Origin: Phycisphaerae bacterium
Lineage (GTDB): Bacteria > Planctomycetota > Phycisphaerae > UBA1845 > Fen-1342
Reading direction: 5' to 3'
Length of the DNA stretch: 64,000 nucleotides
NCBI GenBank assembly: GCA_963675745.2
Contig: CAXXWX010000026.1
Coordinates: 128,001-192,000 of the forward strand
The position numbers and the translations under genes are program-made. The number at the start of each line of letters is the position of its first letter. Position 1 is the first letter of the stretch. Shown piece by piece: positions 51,105 to 61,230 of the stretch. Under the pieces are notes generated by a model. The model was given only the letters and a program-made list of their open reading frames with translations, was not told the origin of the DNA and searched no databases.

Positions 51105-53636
51105 TTACGGCCCGGTGAACTCCGTCTGGAATTCGGCACAGTCCTGCAGATCCACGTCGTTGTCCTGGTCAGCATCGGCGTTCGCGAAATCGCCCGGGTC
51201 GCCGCCAGGCGGCGGGATGGTGATGTCCGGGCCGGCCATGACCAGTCGGAAAACCTCGAAGTCGTCGCCGTCAACATCGCCGTCGCCGTCCAGATCGCCG
51301 AACTCAGGCAGCCCGCAGAGCAGTTCGATGTCATCGAGGTAGACCGTGAACGGCCCGACGGTATCGACGATGCTGAAGCCCAGGTGTTCGAGGACACCCT
51401 TGTCATTGTCAGACGCGAGATTACCGTTGCCGGTCATTCCGTGGATCGGGTCGGTGAGCGGGTCGAAAACGAAGGTCTGCCAGACACCGGGCATGGGTTC
51501 AACGAGGACGCCTTGTGGTGCACCGTTCACGTCACTTGCGGCACCGACCCATTCAATTGTGCCGGACGTGCCGCCGTCCGCGCCGATGTCGGCCGTCGTT
51601 CCCGTCTCGCGGATGCCAAGCGTTAAGCGCAGACGCCCCGTGTCGAGACGCAGCCGGACCCGCACCGGTCGATCGAGGGCGATCGTGGGGTTGGGCACGA
51701 CTGGTGCGTTGTGCGTGGTCAGGCGCATCCAGCGCTGAGGATCAGTATCCACAAACTGCCATTGAATCGCATATGACTGCGTCGGGCTGTAGCCGCCGAC
51801 CGTGTCCGAAACCTCTGCGATATCAGGCGATTCCTCCAAATCCGTCGACGTCGAACCGCTATAGCGCGGGTGATTGAAGAGCACGCGTTCGCCATGTGAG
51901 TAACCCTCGAAGTCGCTCAGCATGTGATGCGAACACGGCGGCGGCGGCAGAACCGTCACGCCCCAGGTCTCCTGGTCACTGCCGGATGCGTTCGACGCCT
52001 CCACCGTGAATGAGATCGTCTGACCCACTTCGCCAACCGTCGGCGCCCAACCACTGACCAGGCCGTTGTCCGCGCTGGCCGTTGGCGGGCCGGAAATGAC
52101 GCTCCACGAACTCGCCACGCCCTGCGCGAGTTGGAGTTGCAGGATGTACTGCTCGCCCGCAACCACCGTGTCGGGGTCGGGCGAGACCTCCGCAATCACC
52201 GGCGGAAGCGGTGCGCCGAGCGTAATGTCCCGGCGTACAACGTCACCCGCTACGACTGATACAACGGGGCCGGACCCCGGACTGTAGCCTGGATGAGATG
52301 CCGTAAGCGTATAGGTCCCGTCCGGCACGAGCAGAAACGAGTAAAAACCGTCGCCCGAGGACAGCGCGGTGTAAGCTGATCCGGTCCGAGTAACCTGCGC
52401 ATCGACCACCGGCAGGCCGCCGGTGTCCGAAACGTAGCCATAGACCACTGCTGTGGCCGGCGAGGTCTTCCAGGGCATAGCCGGCACGCCGGCCGCACCG
52501 GCATACGGGCCCGCCGTGTAATCGCTCCAGTAATCGAACGAACTCCAGGAAAAGACGCTGTTGCCCTGGGCACCGCGCGTGCGCGACAGATCGATCTGCT
52601 CCAGCAGCGAGGTCACGCCCTGGCTGGTGCTGTGCCCCGCAACCACGTGTCGCTCGCCAGCGCCGGCAATCCAGGTCTGAAGCCGCGTGTCCCATGTCGT
52701 TCCCGCTCCGCCGGAGAAGTACATCATCGGTACGGCGATATCGAGCGCGCCGGCGTTCACCCAGCCGAGCGCATCCTGATGCTGGTTTGTCGGAGCGGTC
52801 GCGGGATTCGAGTAGACCGCCCCGCTGACCTTCACCTGCGGCCTGACAGACATGATCTCGGCGTAGATGTTGCGGACGTTGCGCGTAATCTGATCAGCGG
52901 TCCACTGTGTCAGGTCAAGACCGTCGGGGTTGGTCTGGGGATCGTTGAAGCGCGCCATGCTGATGGGGTCATAAGATGGCTCATTGCTCCATGGCGTGCG
53001 GATGCGATCGTAATGCACGCCGTCAACATCGTAGTTCTCGACGACGTACAGCACCTGCTGGCGTATGTATGCCTGTACGTCGGGCACTCCCGGCGCGAAC
53101 CAGACATACTCGCTCTCGCTGAACTGCGCGGGGGCATTGGGCACCTCATGGTGCAGCCAGTCGCGGTGGGCGGGATCGTCCGCCAGACAGTGGCTGTACA
53201 GAACATGGTTCGGGTCGGGCGGCAGCGTGTGTGCCGACGCCGGCACGCTCTGCCAGCATGTGTGCGTGTTGATGTAGGCGTGAAACTCGAGGCCGCTGGC
53301 GTGGGCGGCGCTGATGGCATAGGCGAGCGGGTCCCAACCCGGATCGGTCCCGCCGATCAGCGGCGACCAGACCTCGTACGGCGAGGGATACAGCACGTCC
53401 GCCTGGCCGCGGATCTGCCAGAAGACGGCGTTGAAGTTGGCGGCGGCGACGTCTTGCACAATCTCGTCGATGATCTGCTTGCAGGTCGCCTCGTCCGCGT
53501 CGGGCCACTCGTAACGCGTTACCCACATGGCGCGGAATTCCGGCGATTGACCGAACGATGTCGCGGTCAGGCCGACAGCGATGACAAGCAATGCGAATTG
53601 CCCCACATGGATGAACTGCCGCTTCGATCGGCGCAT
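51105..53636 (-). CDS. Secreted GHL10 (DUF187/YddW-like) glycoside hydrolase with a carboxypeptidase-regulatory-like domain and a dockerin-like tag
   Basis: It has EFRAMWV, NFNAVFWQIRG, WDPL, LEFHAYIN, YDVDGVHYDRIR, QDALGW and VPMMY, and a C-terminal GDLDGDGDVDGDDF...DADQDNDVDLQD. An AGGAGG SD precedes MRRSKRQ. Confidence 0.88.
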   Translation of the reverse strand: MRRSKRQFIHVGQFALLVIAVGLTATSFGQSPEFRAMWVTRYEWPDADEATCKQIIDEIVQDVAAANFNAVFWQIRGQADVLYPSPYEVWSPLIGGTDPGWDPLAYAISAAHASGLEFHAYINTHTCWQSVPASAHTLPPDPNHVLYSHCLADDPAHRDWLHHEVPNAPAQFSESEYVWFAPGVPDVQAYIRQQVLYVVENYDVDGVHYDRIRTPWSNEPSYDPISMARFNDPQTNPDGLDLTQWTADQITRNVRNIYAEIMSVRPQVKVSGAVYSNPATAPTNQHQDALGWVNAGALDIAVPMMYFSGGAGTTWDTRLQTWIAGAGERHVVAGHSTSQGVTSLLEQIDLSRTRGAQGNSVFSWSSFDYWSDYTAGPYAGAAGVPAMPWKTSPATAVVYGYVSDTGGLPVVDAQVTRTGSAYTALSSGDGFYSFLLVPDGTYTLTASHPGYSPGSGPVVSVVAGDVVRRDITLGAPLPPVIAEVSPDPDTVVAGEQYILQLQLAQGVASSWSVISGPPTASADNGLVSGWAPTVGEVGQTISFTVEASNASGSDQETWGVTVLPPPPCSHHMLSDFEGYSHGERVLFNHPRYSGSTSTDLEESPDIAEVSDTVGGYSPTQSYAIQWQFVDTDPQRWMRLTTHNAPVVPNPTIALDRPVRVRLRLDTGRLRLTLGIRETGTTADIGADGGTSGTIEWVGAASDVNGAPQGVLVEPMPGVWQTFVFDPLTDPIHGMTGNGNLASDNDKGVLEHLGFSIVDTVGPFTVYLDDIELLCGLPEFGDLDGDGDVDGDDFEVFRLVMAGPDITIPPPGGDPGDFANADADQDNDVDLQDCAEFQTEFTGP

Positions 53637-53796
53637 CGTGACCTCCTGCGGAGATAGTGCTTCCATCCCTTACTATCGTCGAGTATAGCGAATGAGAGGA
53701 TGCGACCGTTTGAAGATACGAGGATTCGTCGGGCGTTTCTTCGGCCGCCGCGGAAAGCGGCGCCGCAGGCGTGCCGGCGGCCCCCGGCGCTGCGCT

Positions 53797-54435
53797 CTAC
53801 GTCATGCCGACAAGACTCTTGACCTGCTCGACCGCGCTGACCGCGTCGAAGCCGTAGGCGTCGGCCCCGATCTCGCGGGCGAACTCCGCAGACACCGGCG
53901 CCCCGCCGACAATCGTGCGAATCTCGCCGCTCAGTCCCCGCTCGCGCAGCAAATCGACCACAGTTTTCATCGCCGGCATGGTTGTCGTCAGCAGGGCCGA
54001 CATTCCAATCACCGGCGCGGCCAGCTTCCTGGCCTCGTCGATGAAGCGCTCCGGTGCCACGTCGTTACCCAGGTCGACGACGTCAAACCCCGCGCCCTTG
54101 AGCATGATGCCGACCAGGTTCTTGCCGATGTCGTGCAAATCACCCTGCACCGAGCCAACAACGACCTTGCCCAACGATGGCACGTCGTCCTTGATGAGCA
54201 ACGGTCTGATCAAGTCCAGCCCGGCGTTCATCGCCTTGGCGGCCATGAGCACTTCCGGCAGGAAGATTTCGTGCGCCTTGAATCGTTCACCGACCGTGGT
54301 CATCCCGCCAATCAGACCACTGTCCAGGATCTGCTTCGCGGAGAGACCGGCGTCTATTGCCTGGCTCGTGCGTTTCGCCGCCTGGTCCTCATCGCCGTTA
54401 ACGACGCTCTCGGCAAGCTCGGCCAACGTATCCAT
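53797..54435 (-). CDS. Methyltransferase corrinoid (cobalamin-binding) protein, MttC/MtbC-like
   Basis: It has the B12 cap FLPEVLMAAKAM, the DxHxxG motif GDLHDIGKNLV, MSALLTTT and GGAPVS. Confidence 0.95.
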   Translation of the reverse strand: MDTLAELAESVVNGDEDQAAKRTSQAIDAGLSAKQILDSGLIGGMTTVGERFKAHEIFLPEVLMAAKAMNAGLDLIRPLLIKDDVPSLGKVVVGSVQGDLHDIGKNLVGIMLKGAGFDVVDLGNDVAPERFIDEARKLAAPVIGMSALLTTTMPAMKTVVDLLRERGLSGEIRTIVGGAPVSAEFAREIGADAYGFDAVSAVEQVKSLVGMT

Positions 54436-54522
54436 GCCGGTTCTCCATGCAGGTCTTGACGCATTCAGTGTCCAAGCCGCGCGCCGATCCGCTCCCGTAC
54501 GACGGCGTCGGCGGGACCGCCC

Positions 54523-55989
54523 TTACTCGCCACACTCAGGCAGGCCGTCCATGCCAAACCGGCGGGCCTCAGCCTCCATGAGGCGGGTCAACTCCACCTT
54601 GATGTCGTCCGCCAGACGCGACGGCTGATAGGCGGCCAGCAGTCGCTGTACCTCGCCATGCGCCCGCTCGCGAAGACTGAGACCGCCCTCTTCCTGCCAA
54701 CGTGATCGGTTGGCCCGATCAATCGTCACGCCCGGGAAAAGGTGCTCGTCACGCAGGTGGCGTCTCGTGTGCTTCGAGATCAGCAGATGGTGTTCCGCGA
54801 GCAGCTCTTCGAAGCGAGGCAGGGCCGGAAAGTCCTCGCGGGGCTCGATGCCCTTCAACATGCGCAAGGTCATCCCGCAGATTTCGTTGTCCAAGATCAG
54901 CTTCTCGATGCTCAGGCAGCTCTCGAAGTCGAGCATGCCCGGCCCCGAAATGTTGTTGATCCCGGCGAGCGACGCCAGCGTCGCACCCATGGATGATTCC
55001 AGGCCCGCCTGGGCGTCAAGCTGCTTGCTGTCACTGAGCGCGATGTAGGCCTGCGTCGGCAGCCCGACGTGCTTGCCGATCTCGCTGTACGCGCAGTCCA
55101 GCATCATCGTCTCGACAGCGCCCATCGGCGTGGTCTCATAGCGAACGTCGAAAATCGCCGGCGAGCCGCCATAGAGTATCGGCGCGCCCGGTTTGGCAAG
55201 CTGGGAGATGACCACGCCGCTCAGAGTCTCGGCGGTGTGTTGCACCAGGCTGCCCACGAGGGTCACCGGCGCGACAAAACCCGCCAGCGGCATCGAAATG
55301 AACTCAACGGGAATAGCGCTCAAGGCACAATCGACCACGTTCTGGGAAGTGACATCACTCCACTTGAGCGGCGCCGTCGGGCAACATGAGAATATGCTGA
55401 GCGGCTTGGCCGCCAGCGCCTCGCTTGATCCGCGCACCGCTAGCTGAAGATCGCGCATGATGTTGAAGGCGTCCACCGTAAACGCGCCTGTCACAACCGG
55501 CTTCTCGCAGAAAAGCAGACTCAGGTACAGGCGAAAGCTGTCGGAGATTCGCTCATGAACATCGCGCGGGATCAGCGCGGTGCTCTGGGATGCGATATTG
55601 CCGAGTTGACTGACGACTTTTGCATAACGCACATAATCATGCGTCTTGGGCGTGCGCGTCGTGTTGGAGTCATAATCCAAAACGTTGATCGCCGCCGAAC
55701 CGGGCGTGTAGTAGACGTTTGAGCCGCCCAGCTCGTGGGTCTGCTCACCAAGCACGTCGTACAGCGCAAATGTTCCAGGGGCGGATTCGAGGGCTCGATA
55801 GATGATCTCGTCGGTCAAGACGACGCGCCGCACGTTTCCATCCACAGTGGCGCCGTGGTCTGAGAGCATCGAGAGGATGCCATCGTTGTGTATCTCGACG
55901 CCGATACTACAGAGGACGCCGCGTGCCTCGCGGACAATCTGCTCGATCAGCTCGTCGGTCAGGAATCTGACGGTCGGTCTCATCACCAC
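54523..55989 (-). CDS. mttB: Trimethylamine methyltransferase (MttB) superfamily protein, non-pyrrolysine
   Basis: It has APVTLVGSLVQHTAETLSG...Q..KPGAPILYG, SDSKQLDAQAGLES, GINNISGPGMLDF and EKLILDNEI. There is no in-frame TAG, and it is adjacent to the corrinoid gene. Confidence 0.9.
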   Translation of the reverse strand: MVMRPTVRFLTDELIEQIVREARGVLCSIGVEIHNDGILSMLSDHGATVDGNVRRVVLTDEIIYRALESAPGTFALYDVLGEQTHELGGSNVYYTPGSAAINVLDYDSNTTRTPKTHDYVRYAKVVSQLGNIASQSTALIPRDVHERISDSFRLYLSLLFCEKPVVTGAFTVDAFNIMRDLQLAVRGSSEALAAKPLSIFSCCPTAPLKWSDVTSQNVVDCALSAIPVEFISMPLAGFVAPVTLVGSLVQHTAETLSGVVISQLAKPGAPILYGGSPAIFDVRYETTPMGAVETMMLDCAYSEIGKHVGLPTQAYIALSDSKQLDAQAGLESSMGATLASLAGINNISGPGMLDFESCLSIEKLILDNEICGMTLRMLKGIEPREDFPALPRFEELLAEHHLLISKHTRRHLRDEHLFPGVTIDRANRSRWQEEGGLSLRERAHGEVQRLLAAYQPSRLADDIKVELTRLMEAEARRFGMDGLPECGE

Positions 55990-56155
55990 GCTCCCGTACG
56001 CAGCCCGCCGGCGCCGCCGGCTCGGTTCGAGACAGAATCAGCCCCTGGAAGATACTTCACGAGCCCCCCGCCCGCAACGGCGCCGCATCGAAGCGCGCGC
56101 AACGCTCCGGGACACGTGCGGCGGGAATTCAGCGCCGGGGGTTTCCGAGTCATCT

Positions 56156-56337
56156 GCCCCGCAGGGGCATCTGAATATAGCCCAGCACGCAGTGCTGGGT
56201 TTGGATCGCGTACCCGGCCGTTGAGTCCCGTACGGGACGACTGAAAGCTCAGCCGTCCCGGTGGGACTCGGTTCTCACATGGCCACAATTCTCCCAGCAC
56301 TTCGTACTGGGCTATGTTCACTGCGTCCCTGCGGGAC
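56156..56337. repeat. About 180-bp nested palindromic element (REPIN/MITE-like)
   Basis: The outer arms GCCCCGCAGGGGCATCTGAATATAGCCCAGCACGCAGTGCTGGG and CCCAGCACTTCGTACTGGGCTATGTTCACTGCGTCCCTGCGGGAC are imperfect inverted copies. The inner hairpin is GAGTCCCGTACGGGACGACTGA-AAGC-TCAGCCGTCCCGGTGGGACTC. Confidence 0.8.
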
Positions 56338-56477
56338 GACATGGCTACGGTCCGCAGATTGTGTCACGGCGCCCGCGCAACGCTCTCTCTGCTCCTGAAT
56401 CCCATGGCACGCTTGCCAGAACCGTCACACCTGGCCGACAATGCACGCGGATTAACCAACCAAACCAGGAGCCCTGT

Positions 56478-57653
56478 ATGTCCCCGCGTCCTCTCAATGT
56501 CGGTCTGGTCGGCGGCGGTGCCGGCGCGTTCATCGTCCACCCCCATCAGCGAGCCATTCACTTCGACGGCACCCGGCGCGTCATCGCCGCCGCACTGCAC
56601 CCCGATGCGAAAGTCGCACTCGATGAGGCGAAGAACTGGCCCTACCCAATCGAGGGCTACGCCAGCTATGACGAGATGATCGCGGCCCAGCGCGACAAGC
56701 CCGCCGACCAGCGACTCGACTACGTGCTGATCGTTACCCCCAATCACGTACACTTCGACCCGGCAATGAAGTGTATGGCGGCGGGGTTGCCCGTGTTCTG
56801 CGAGAAGCCGTTGACCGTCACACTTGAAGACGCCGACCAGCTCGTCGCGGCCGCGAATAAGTACAAGATTCCATTTGGCGTCGCCCACACATACCTCGGC
56901 CACTGGACCACGCGCTTCGCCCGCCACATCGTGCGCAGCGGCCTGCTCGGCGAAATCCGCTGGGCCGATGCGTACTACCTCCAGGGCTGGCTCGCCGACC
57001 GCACCGAGGATCAGGGCGTCATTCAGGCCGAGTGGCGCGTCGACCCCACGCGCGCCGGCGCGAGTTGCTGCGGCGGCGACATCGGCACGCACGCGCTCAT
57101 GCATCTCCGCTATATCACCGGCCTCGATGTCACGCGCCTGCACGCCGACCTCGAGACCTTTGTCCACGGCCGGCAGCTCGACGACCATTTCACCGCGTAT
57201 TGCGAGCTTTCCAACGGCGGTAAGGCGCTCGTTCGCGCGTCGCAGATCGCGATCGGCCACAAGAACGACCTGGGCATTGAGGTCAACGGCACCAAGGGCT
57301 CGCTCGTCTGGGTCGCGGAGACGCCGGAACACGTTATTGTCCGGCTCACCGACCAGCCCGACCGTGTGTACTACCGCGGCGCGGTGAGCGCCAACGACGG
57401 GTTCCTGGAGGATCTGCCGGCCGACCTGATGGCCGAGCCGACCATCCCCAGCGGGCACCCCGAGGCGTTTCATGACGCGTTCGCCCGGCTGCACCGCTGT
57501 TTTGAAGCCGACGTGCGTGCGTATCACGACAAACGGCCATTCGACTGCGACGGCAGCAAATACGCGAACGTGGCAGACGGCCGCATGGGCATCGCGTTCA
57601 TTGAGGCGGCGGTGAAGAGCGCTCGCGCGGGTGGTGAGTGGGTAAGCGTCTAA
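56478..57653 (+). CDS. Gfo/Idh/MocA family NAD(P)-dependent oxidoreductase
   Basis: It has VGLVGGGAGAFI, IVTPNHVH, VFCEKP, YLQGW, WRVDP and GDIGTH, with an AGGAG SD. Confidence 0.93.
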   Translation: MSPRPLNVGLVGGGAGAFIVHPHQRAIHFDGTRRVIAAALHPDAKVALDEAKNWPYPIEGYASYDEMIAAQRDKPADQRLDYVLIVTPNHVHFDPAMKCMAAGLPVFCEKPLTVTLEDADQLVAAANKYKIPFGVAHTYLGHWTTRFARHIVRSGLLGEIRWADAYYLQGWLADRTEDQGVIQAEWRVDPTRAGASCCGGDIGTHALMHLRYITGLDVTRLHADLETFVHGRQLDDHFTAYCELSNGGKALVRASQIAIGHKNDLGIEVNGTKGSLVWVAETPEHVIVRLTDQPDRVYYRGAVSANDGFLEDLPADLMAEPTIPSGHPEAFHDAFARLHRCFEADVRAYHDKRPFDCDGSKYANVADGRMGIAFIEAAVKSARAGGEWVSV

Positions 57654-57725
57654 CGCCGGCGAATCGAGCCGCGGCAGGCTCATGACGTGCGAAGCCGCGA
57701 CGCCACGTCTGCACGCGCGAATCCG

Positions 57726-60173
57726 TCAACTCCCGGAATCAAACGCGCGTTGGAACGCGACAAAATCCTGTATGTCCACGTCCAGGTCGGCGTCGCAGTC
57801 GAAGGCCTCGAGACACGCTTGCGCGTCTACCGGCGATGTATCGGGGCCGGCCAGGCAGTCCGTGAGCGCGAGCTGGTCATTCCAGTCAATCCCGCCGTCG
57901 CAATCGGCGTCACCCAATCGACAGTAGGCGACGACGAAGTAGGCAACCGGTTGGGCCATGATGGAATCGACGTACTCGAACTGTATAGTGCTCGCCCCGA
58001 TGGTCCGCGGACGAGCGACTTCGCTCCCCGCTTCGGTCACCGCGAAGACACGAATGCGGCTGTCGTCGCCCCACGCGCTGGGACGCAAAAGCGTCAGGTC
58101 GCCGTCGTCGCCCCGCGGTTGGCGAATCGTGATGCGATAGTCTGCCCGTTCGAAAATCAGATAATGCGGCGTGGAGCCGGCGAGCGCCTGGCCATTGAGA
58201 GTGGTCAGCACGCCTGCAATGACCGCGCCGTTACTTTCGGCCAGGAAGCCGTCGGCGGCGATGACATGCTCATCCTGCGACATGCCGGTCGGCGTCAGGT
58301 TTGCCGTAAGCACCGTGCCGTCGCCGAAGACGGTGCACGTCTGTCCTTCGATCGCCAGGTTCTCAAAGAACGTCATGCCGGCGCCGACGAGTGTGGACAC
58401 GAAGTGCTTCTGGAAAGCGTCCAACAGCTCGAGCCAATCGAGATCCAGCAGCGAAAGATCGTGCGCCAGCGAATAGCCCATCGACACGTGGTACGTCAGC
58501 GCGGGCAGGTCGTTCGCCATCGTCGCGCCCGCGAGGTTGTGCGCGTGGAAGATCAGGTTCTCGTGCGCCCAGAGCGGCGCCATCGGGTAAGGCGTGTAAG
58601 TGCCGCTCGGCCACGGGTGCCAGCCGATCGTCTGCGAATTGCAGTAGCCGCTTTCGAACCACGCCAGACGATCAAAACCTCCCTCGGTCATGATCGGCAG
58701 CCGTTGCGCGCTCCGCGCGGCTACGTCGATGAGTCCCTGAGTGTATTGGGTCGGGTCAGGCGCGGCGGGATTGCCGTCGTAACTCGGCTGGCCGCGCGCG
58801 CCGATCTGATCCTCGAACAGGAAATCACAGGGCACGGTCAACGTGAATTCGTCGCGCGTCTGATCCTGACGCGTGATGACCGCCGGCGATTGCGGAGTGA
58901 CCACGTACCCGCCGTGACCGTTGTAGGTTTCGTAGATCAGGCTCCCCGTGCGATCGCGCGCCACGATACCGGTTCCCAGCGACGCCAGCGTCGGAGATTG
59001 ATCATCCCACCACGTGGGATTGGTGTAAGGCATGACCAGATGCCCCGCTGACCGGGCGTAGGCCACCAGGTTCTGCAATTCGCTCTGCGTCCCCAGCGCG
59101 GCGTTGGGCGGCAGATAGTCCGGGTAGTACTCGTCAAACCCGTTCGGCCAGAACGCCACCAGGTGCAGCAGGTTGCCTGTCGGCAGACTGTCCAGGAAGC
59201 TCTGAAATGACGCGAAGGTCCACGAGCCTTGCTGGAAATCGCACTTCAGCAGCACGGCACGCGCGAGTTGTTCACGCAACGCCGCGCCGAGCTTGTCTTC
59301 CAGCGTCGGCATCGCGTCATGACCGCTGCGTGTCCAATACGCCGCCATCGCCTCATCCAGCGCCGCCCCAACGCTGAGCACTGTCGTCGGTGAGGTCCAT
59401 TGCTCCGTCGAGCCGATCTCCACGTCATAATCGTGGTGGTACTTGGCGACGCCGCCGGCGTATGTGTCGTCACGCAGGATCAACCAGTTGCTGGTCTTCA
59501 GCGGTATCTGGCGGTCTTGCACCAGGTAGACGGCAAAACTGCCCACGCTCAAATCGGTGTAGGCAAAGTCCGCGAACATCTGGCCCGGGTAACGCGAACC
59601 GAAGTCGTAGCTGTCGAAGAAGCTCGGCAGCAGGCGTATGCCCTCCTGGTACGGCACGAACACACCTTCAATCTCACCGCGGCTAAACGAGAGGTGCACG
59701 GGATAAGCAAGCAGTTCCACCGCATGGCTGGAGTGGTTGGCGATCGACAGTGTCGTGTCCACCTCGGGCCCATCCGTGGGCGCGATCGAGATTGTGACAT
59801 CGCAGGCGTATGTTCCGGTCGCGTGGTAGCTCAATGTCAGCGTCGTGGACGGCGCGTCCCACGAGTACGAGAAGAGCCGGGATGGGTCCGTCGGCGAGAA
59901 ATCCTCGCCGTCGAGCCAGGAATCATCGCTGAAGCGCAAAACCCAGGGGCCGTGCACGTTTCCGGGCGAGACCTGCGCGCCGGTGGTCTTATCGGTGATG
60001 TAGATCAGCCGCCCATCCGCCTTGCGCATTGCCAGTTCGAAATAGTCGGCGTTCCACAGGCGAACGCGATCCGCCTCGTTGTCCGCGAAGCCGATCTGCC
60101 CTGCCGCATCGCCGGGCCAGACCAGTGCGGCGGCCAGAATCGCAGAGGCGGTGAGGAACCGGAGCCTGAACAT
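57726..60173 (-). CDS. Secreted uncharacterised glycoside-hydrolase-like protein (DUF6259-like TIM barrel) with a dockerin-like tag
   Basis: It has the signal peptide MFRLRFLTASAILAAALVW, then FWPNGFDEYYPDYLP, GHLVMPYTNPTWW, DFLFEDQIG and IMTEG. The C-terminus is GDADCDGGIDWND...DCDADLDVDIQDF. Confidence 0.72.
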   Translation of the reverse strand: MFRLRFLTASAILAAALVWPGDAAGQIGFADNEADRVRLWNADYFELAMRKADGRLIYITDKTTGAQVSPGNVHGPWVLRFSDDSWLDGEDFSPTDPSRLFSYSWDAPSTTLTLSYHATGTYACDVTISIAPTDGPEVDTTLSIANHSSHAVELLAYPVHLSFSRGEIEGVFVPYQEGIRLLPSFFDSYDFGSRYPGQMFADFAYTDLSVGSFAVYLVQDRQIPLKTSNWLILRDDTYAGGVAKYHHDYDVEIGSTEQWTSPTTVLSVGAALDEAMAAYWTRSGHDAMPTLEDKLGAALREQLARAVLLKCDFQQGSWTFASFQSFLDSLPTGNLLHLVAFWPNGFDEYYPDYLPPNAALGTQSELQNLVAYARSAGHLVMPYTNPTWWDDQSPTLASLGTGIVARDRTGSLIYETYNGHGGYVVTPQSPAVITRQDQTRDEFTLTVPCDFLFEDQIGARGQPSYDGNPAAPDPTQYTQGLIDVAARSAQRLPIMTEGGFDRLAWFESGYCNSQTIGWHPWPSGTYTPYPMAPLWAHENLIFHAHNLAGATMANDLPALTYHVSMGYSLAHDLSLLDLDWLELLDAFQKHFVSTLVGAGMTFFENLAIEGQTCTVFGDGTVLTANLTPTGMSQDEHVIAADGFLAESNGAVIAGVLTTLNGQALAGSTPHYLIFERADYRITIRQPRGDDGDLTLLRPSAWGDDSRIRVFAVTEAGSEVARPRTIGASTIQFEYVDSIMAQPVAYFVVAYCRLGDADCDGGIDWNDQLALTDCLAGPDTSPVDAQACLEAFDCDADLDVDIQDFVAFQRAFDSGS

Positions 60174-60476
60174 CCAATACAAACCTCGCGCACATGATGA
60201 AGGGGCCCGCGCTTTTGCGCTGGCGAGCCCGTACGTACGTCGAGGGTAGTTGATCGCGAGCCCGAGTCCAAGCGCTTTTAGCCCGCACGGTATCAGCAGC
60301 GGCGGGACGTCGCGACCGGCAGACACGTCGTCGGAGAATGCGGCCACCCGAATCCCGGTGCTTGACCACCCGCCCCCGGACGTGCCTAGCATTGGTGTGA
60401 TAACTATCGGGCCACGGAACCGCTCGGCCGAGCTACTCGGTTGTGCGGCTCCACACTCAGTCAGAAGGGAGATACC

Positions 60477-61124
60477 ATGCACACTTGGCGGATCTTGTTG
60501 ATGCTGGCGGTTGCCGCGTGCGGAATCGGGGCGGCAAACGGCACGGTGGTCAACGTCGATTTCGAGGGCGGCCTGGCCGGCGACCAGACCTACGCCGGCG
60601 ATGACGCCGCCCTGAGCTCCGCCGGCGGAACCGTCTGGAACAGCGTCATGTTCACGGGCGCCGCTGACCTGCTCGATGAGTTCGGCGGGAACACGCCGTT
60701 TGACGTCGAGATCTTCGGCGACGCGGTCACGTCGAACCCGGTGGCAGGTAATGTGCTTCAGGATTCCGGCGCAGCGGCCCCAATGAACCTGCTCGGGCTC
60801 ATTCCGGGTGAGACATACACCCTCGCCGGTTACGTCGACACAAACGGCGGCTTCGGCGTCACCGACGCGACCGGCCCTGTCGGCTTCTTCGCCTACGGCG
60901 CGCCCGACGCGGATGGCTGGTCGCTGCCGGGAACCGAGGGCGACGGCGGGGACTACTTCCTCGTCCAGGGACTCCAACCCTACGAGGTCGAGACCGGCAA
61001 GTGGGGCGTTTCACTCGTGCTCGACGGCACAATGACGGGGCTTCAGATCAGCGGCGCCGTTCCTGAACCGTCGTCGCTGCTGCTACTGGGCATCGCCGCC
61101 TTGCTGAGCATTCGTCGCCGCTAA
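60477..61124 (+). CDS. PEP-CTERM sorting-signal protein
   Basis: It has a signal peptide and a C-terminal VPEPSSLLLLGIAALLSIRRR, with an AGGGAG SD. Confidence 0.92.
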   Translation: MHTWRILLMLAVAACGIGAANGTVVNVDFEGGLAGDQTYAGDDAALSSAGGTVWNSVMFTGAADLLDEFGGNTPFDVEIFGDAVTSNPVAGNVLQDSGAAAPMNLLGLIPGETYTLAGYVDTNGGFGVTDATGPVGFFAYGAPDADGWSLPGTEGDGGDYFLVQGLQPYEVETGKWGVSLVLDGTMTGLQISGAVPEPSSLLLLGIAALLSIRRR

Positions 61125-61230
61125 GGCAGCTCCCGCATTCACACGGTGGCCGTGGCAGGCGACTCCATCCAGTTGTTACGCGCCCTGATTGCCGGCCAGT
61201 CCGGCGGTACCCGTGCCGCTGCGCAGCGCT

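Noticed and set aside
54523..55989. Pyrrolysine read-through in the MttB homolog
   Set aside because: The ORF is continuous with no in-frame TAG.
60174..60977. N-terminal 268-aa extension of the 1083-aa ORF
   Set aside because: It overlaps the PEP-CTERM gene on the opposite strand. The signal peptide begins at 60173.
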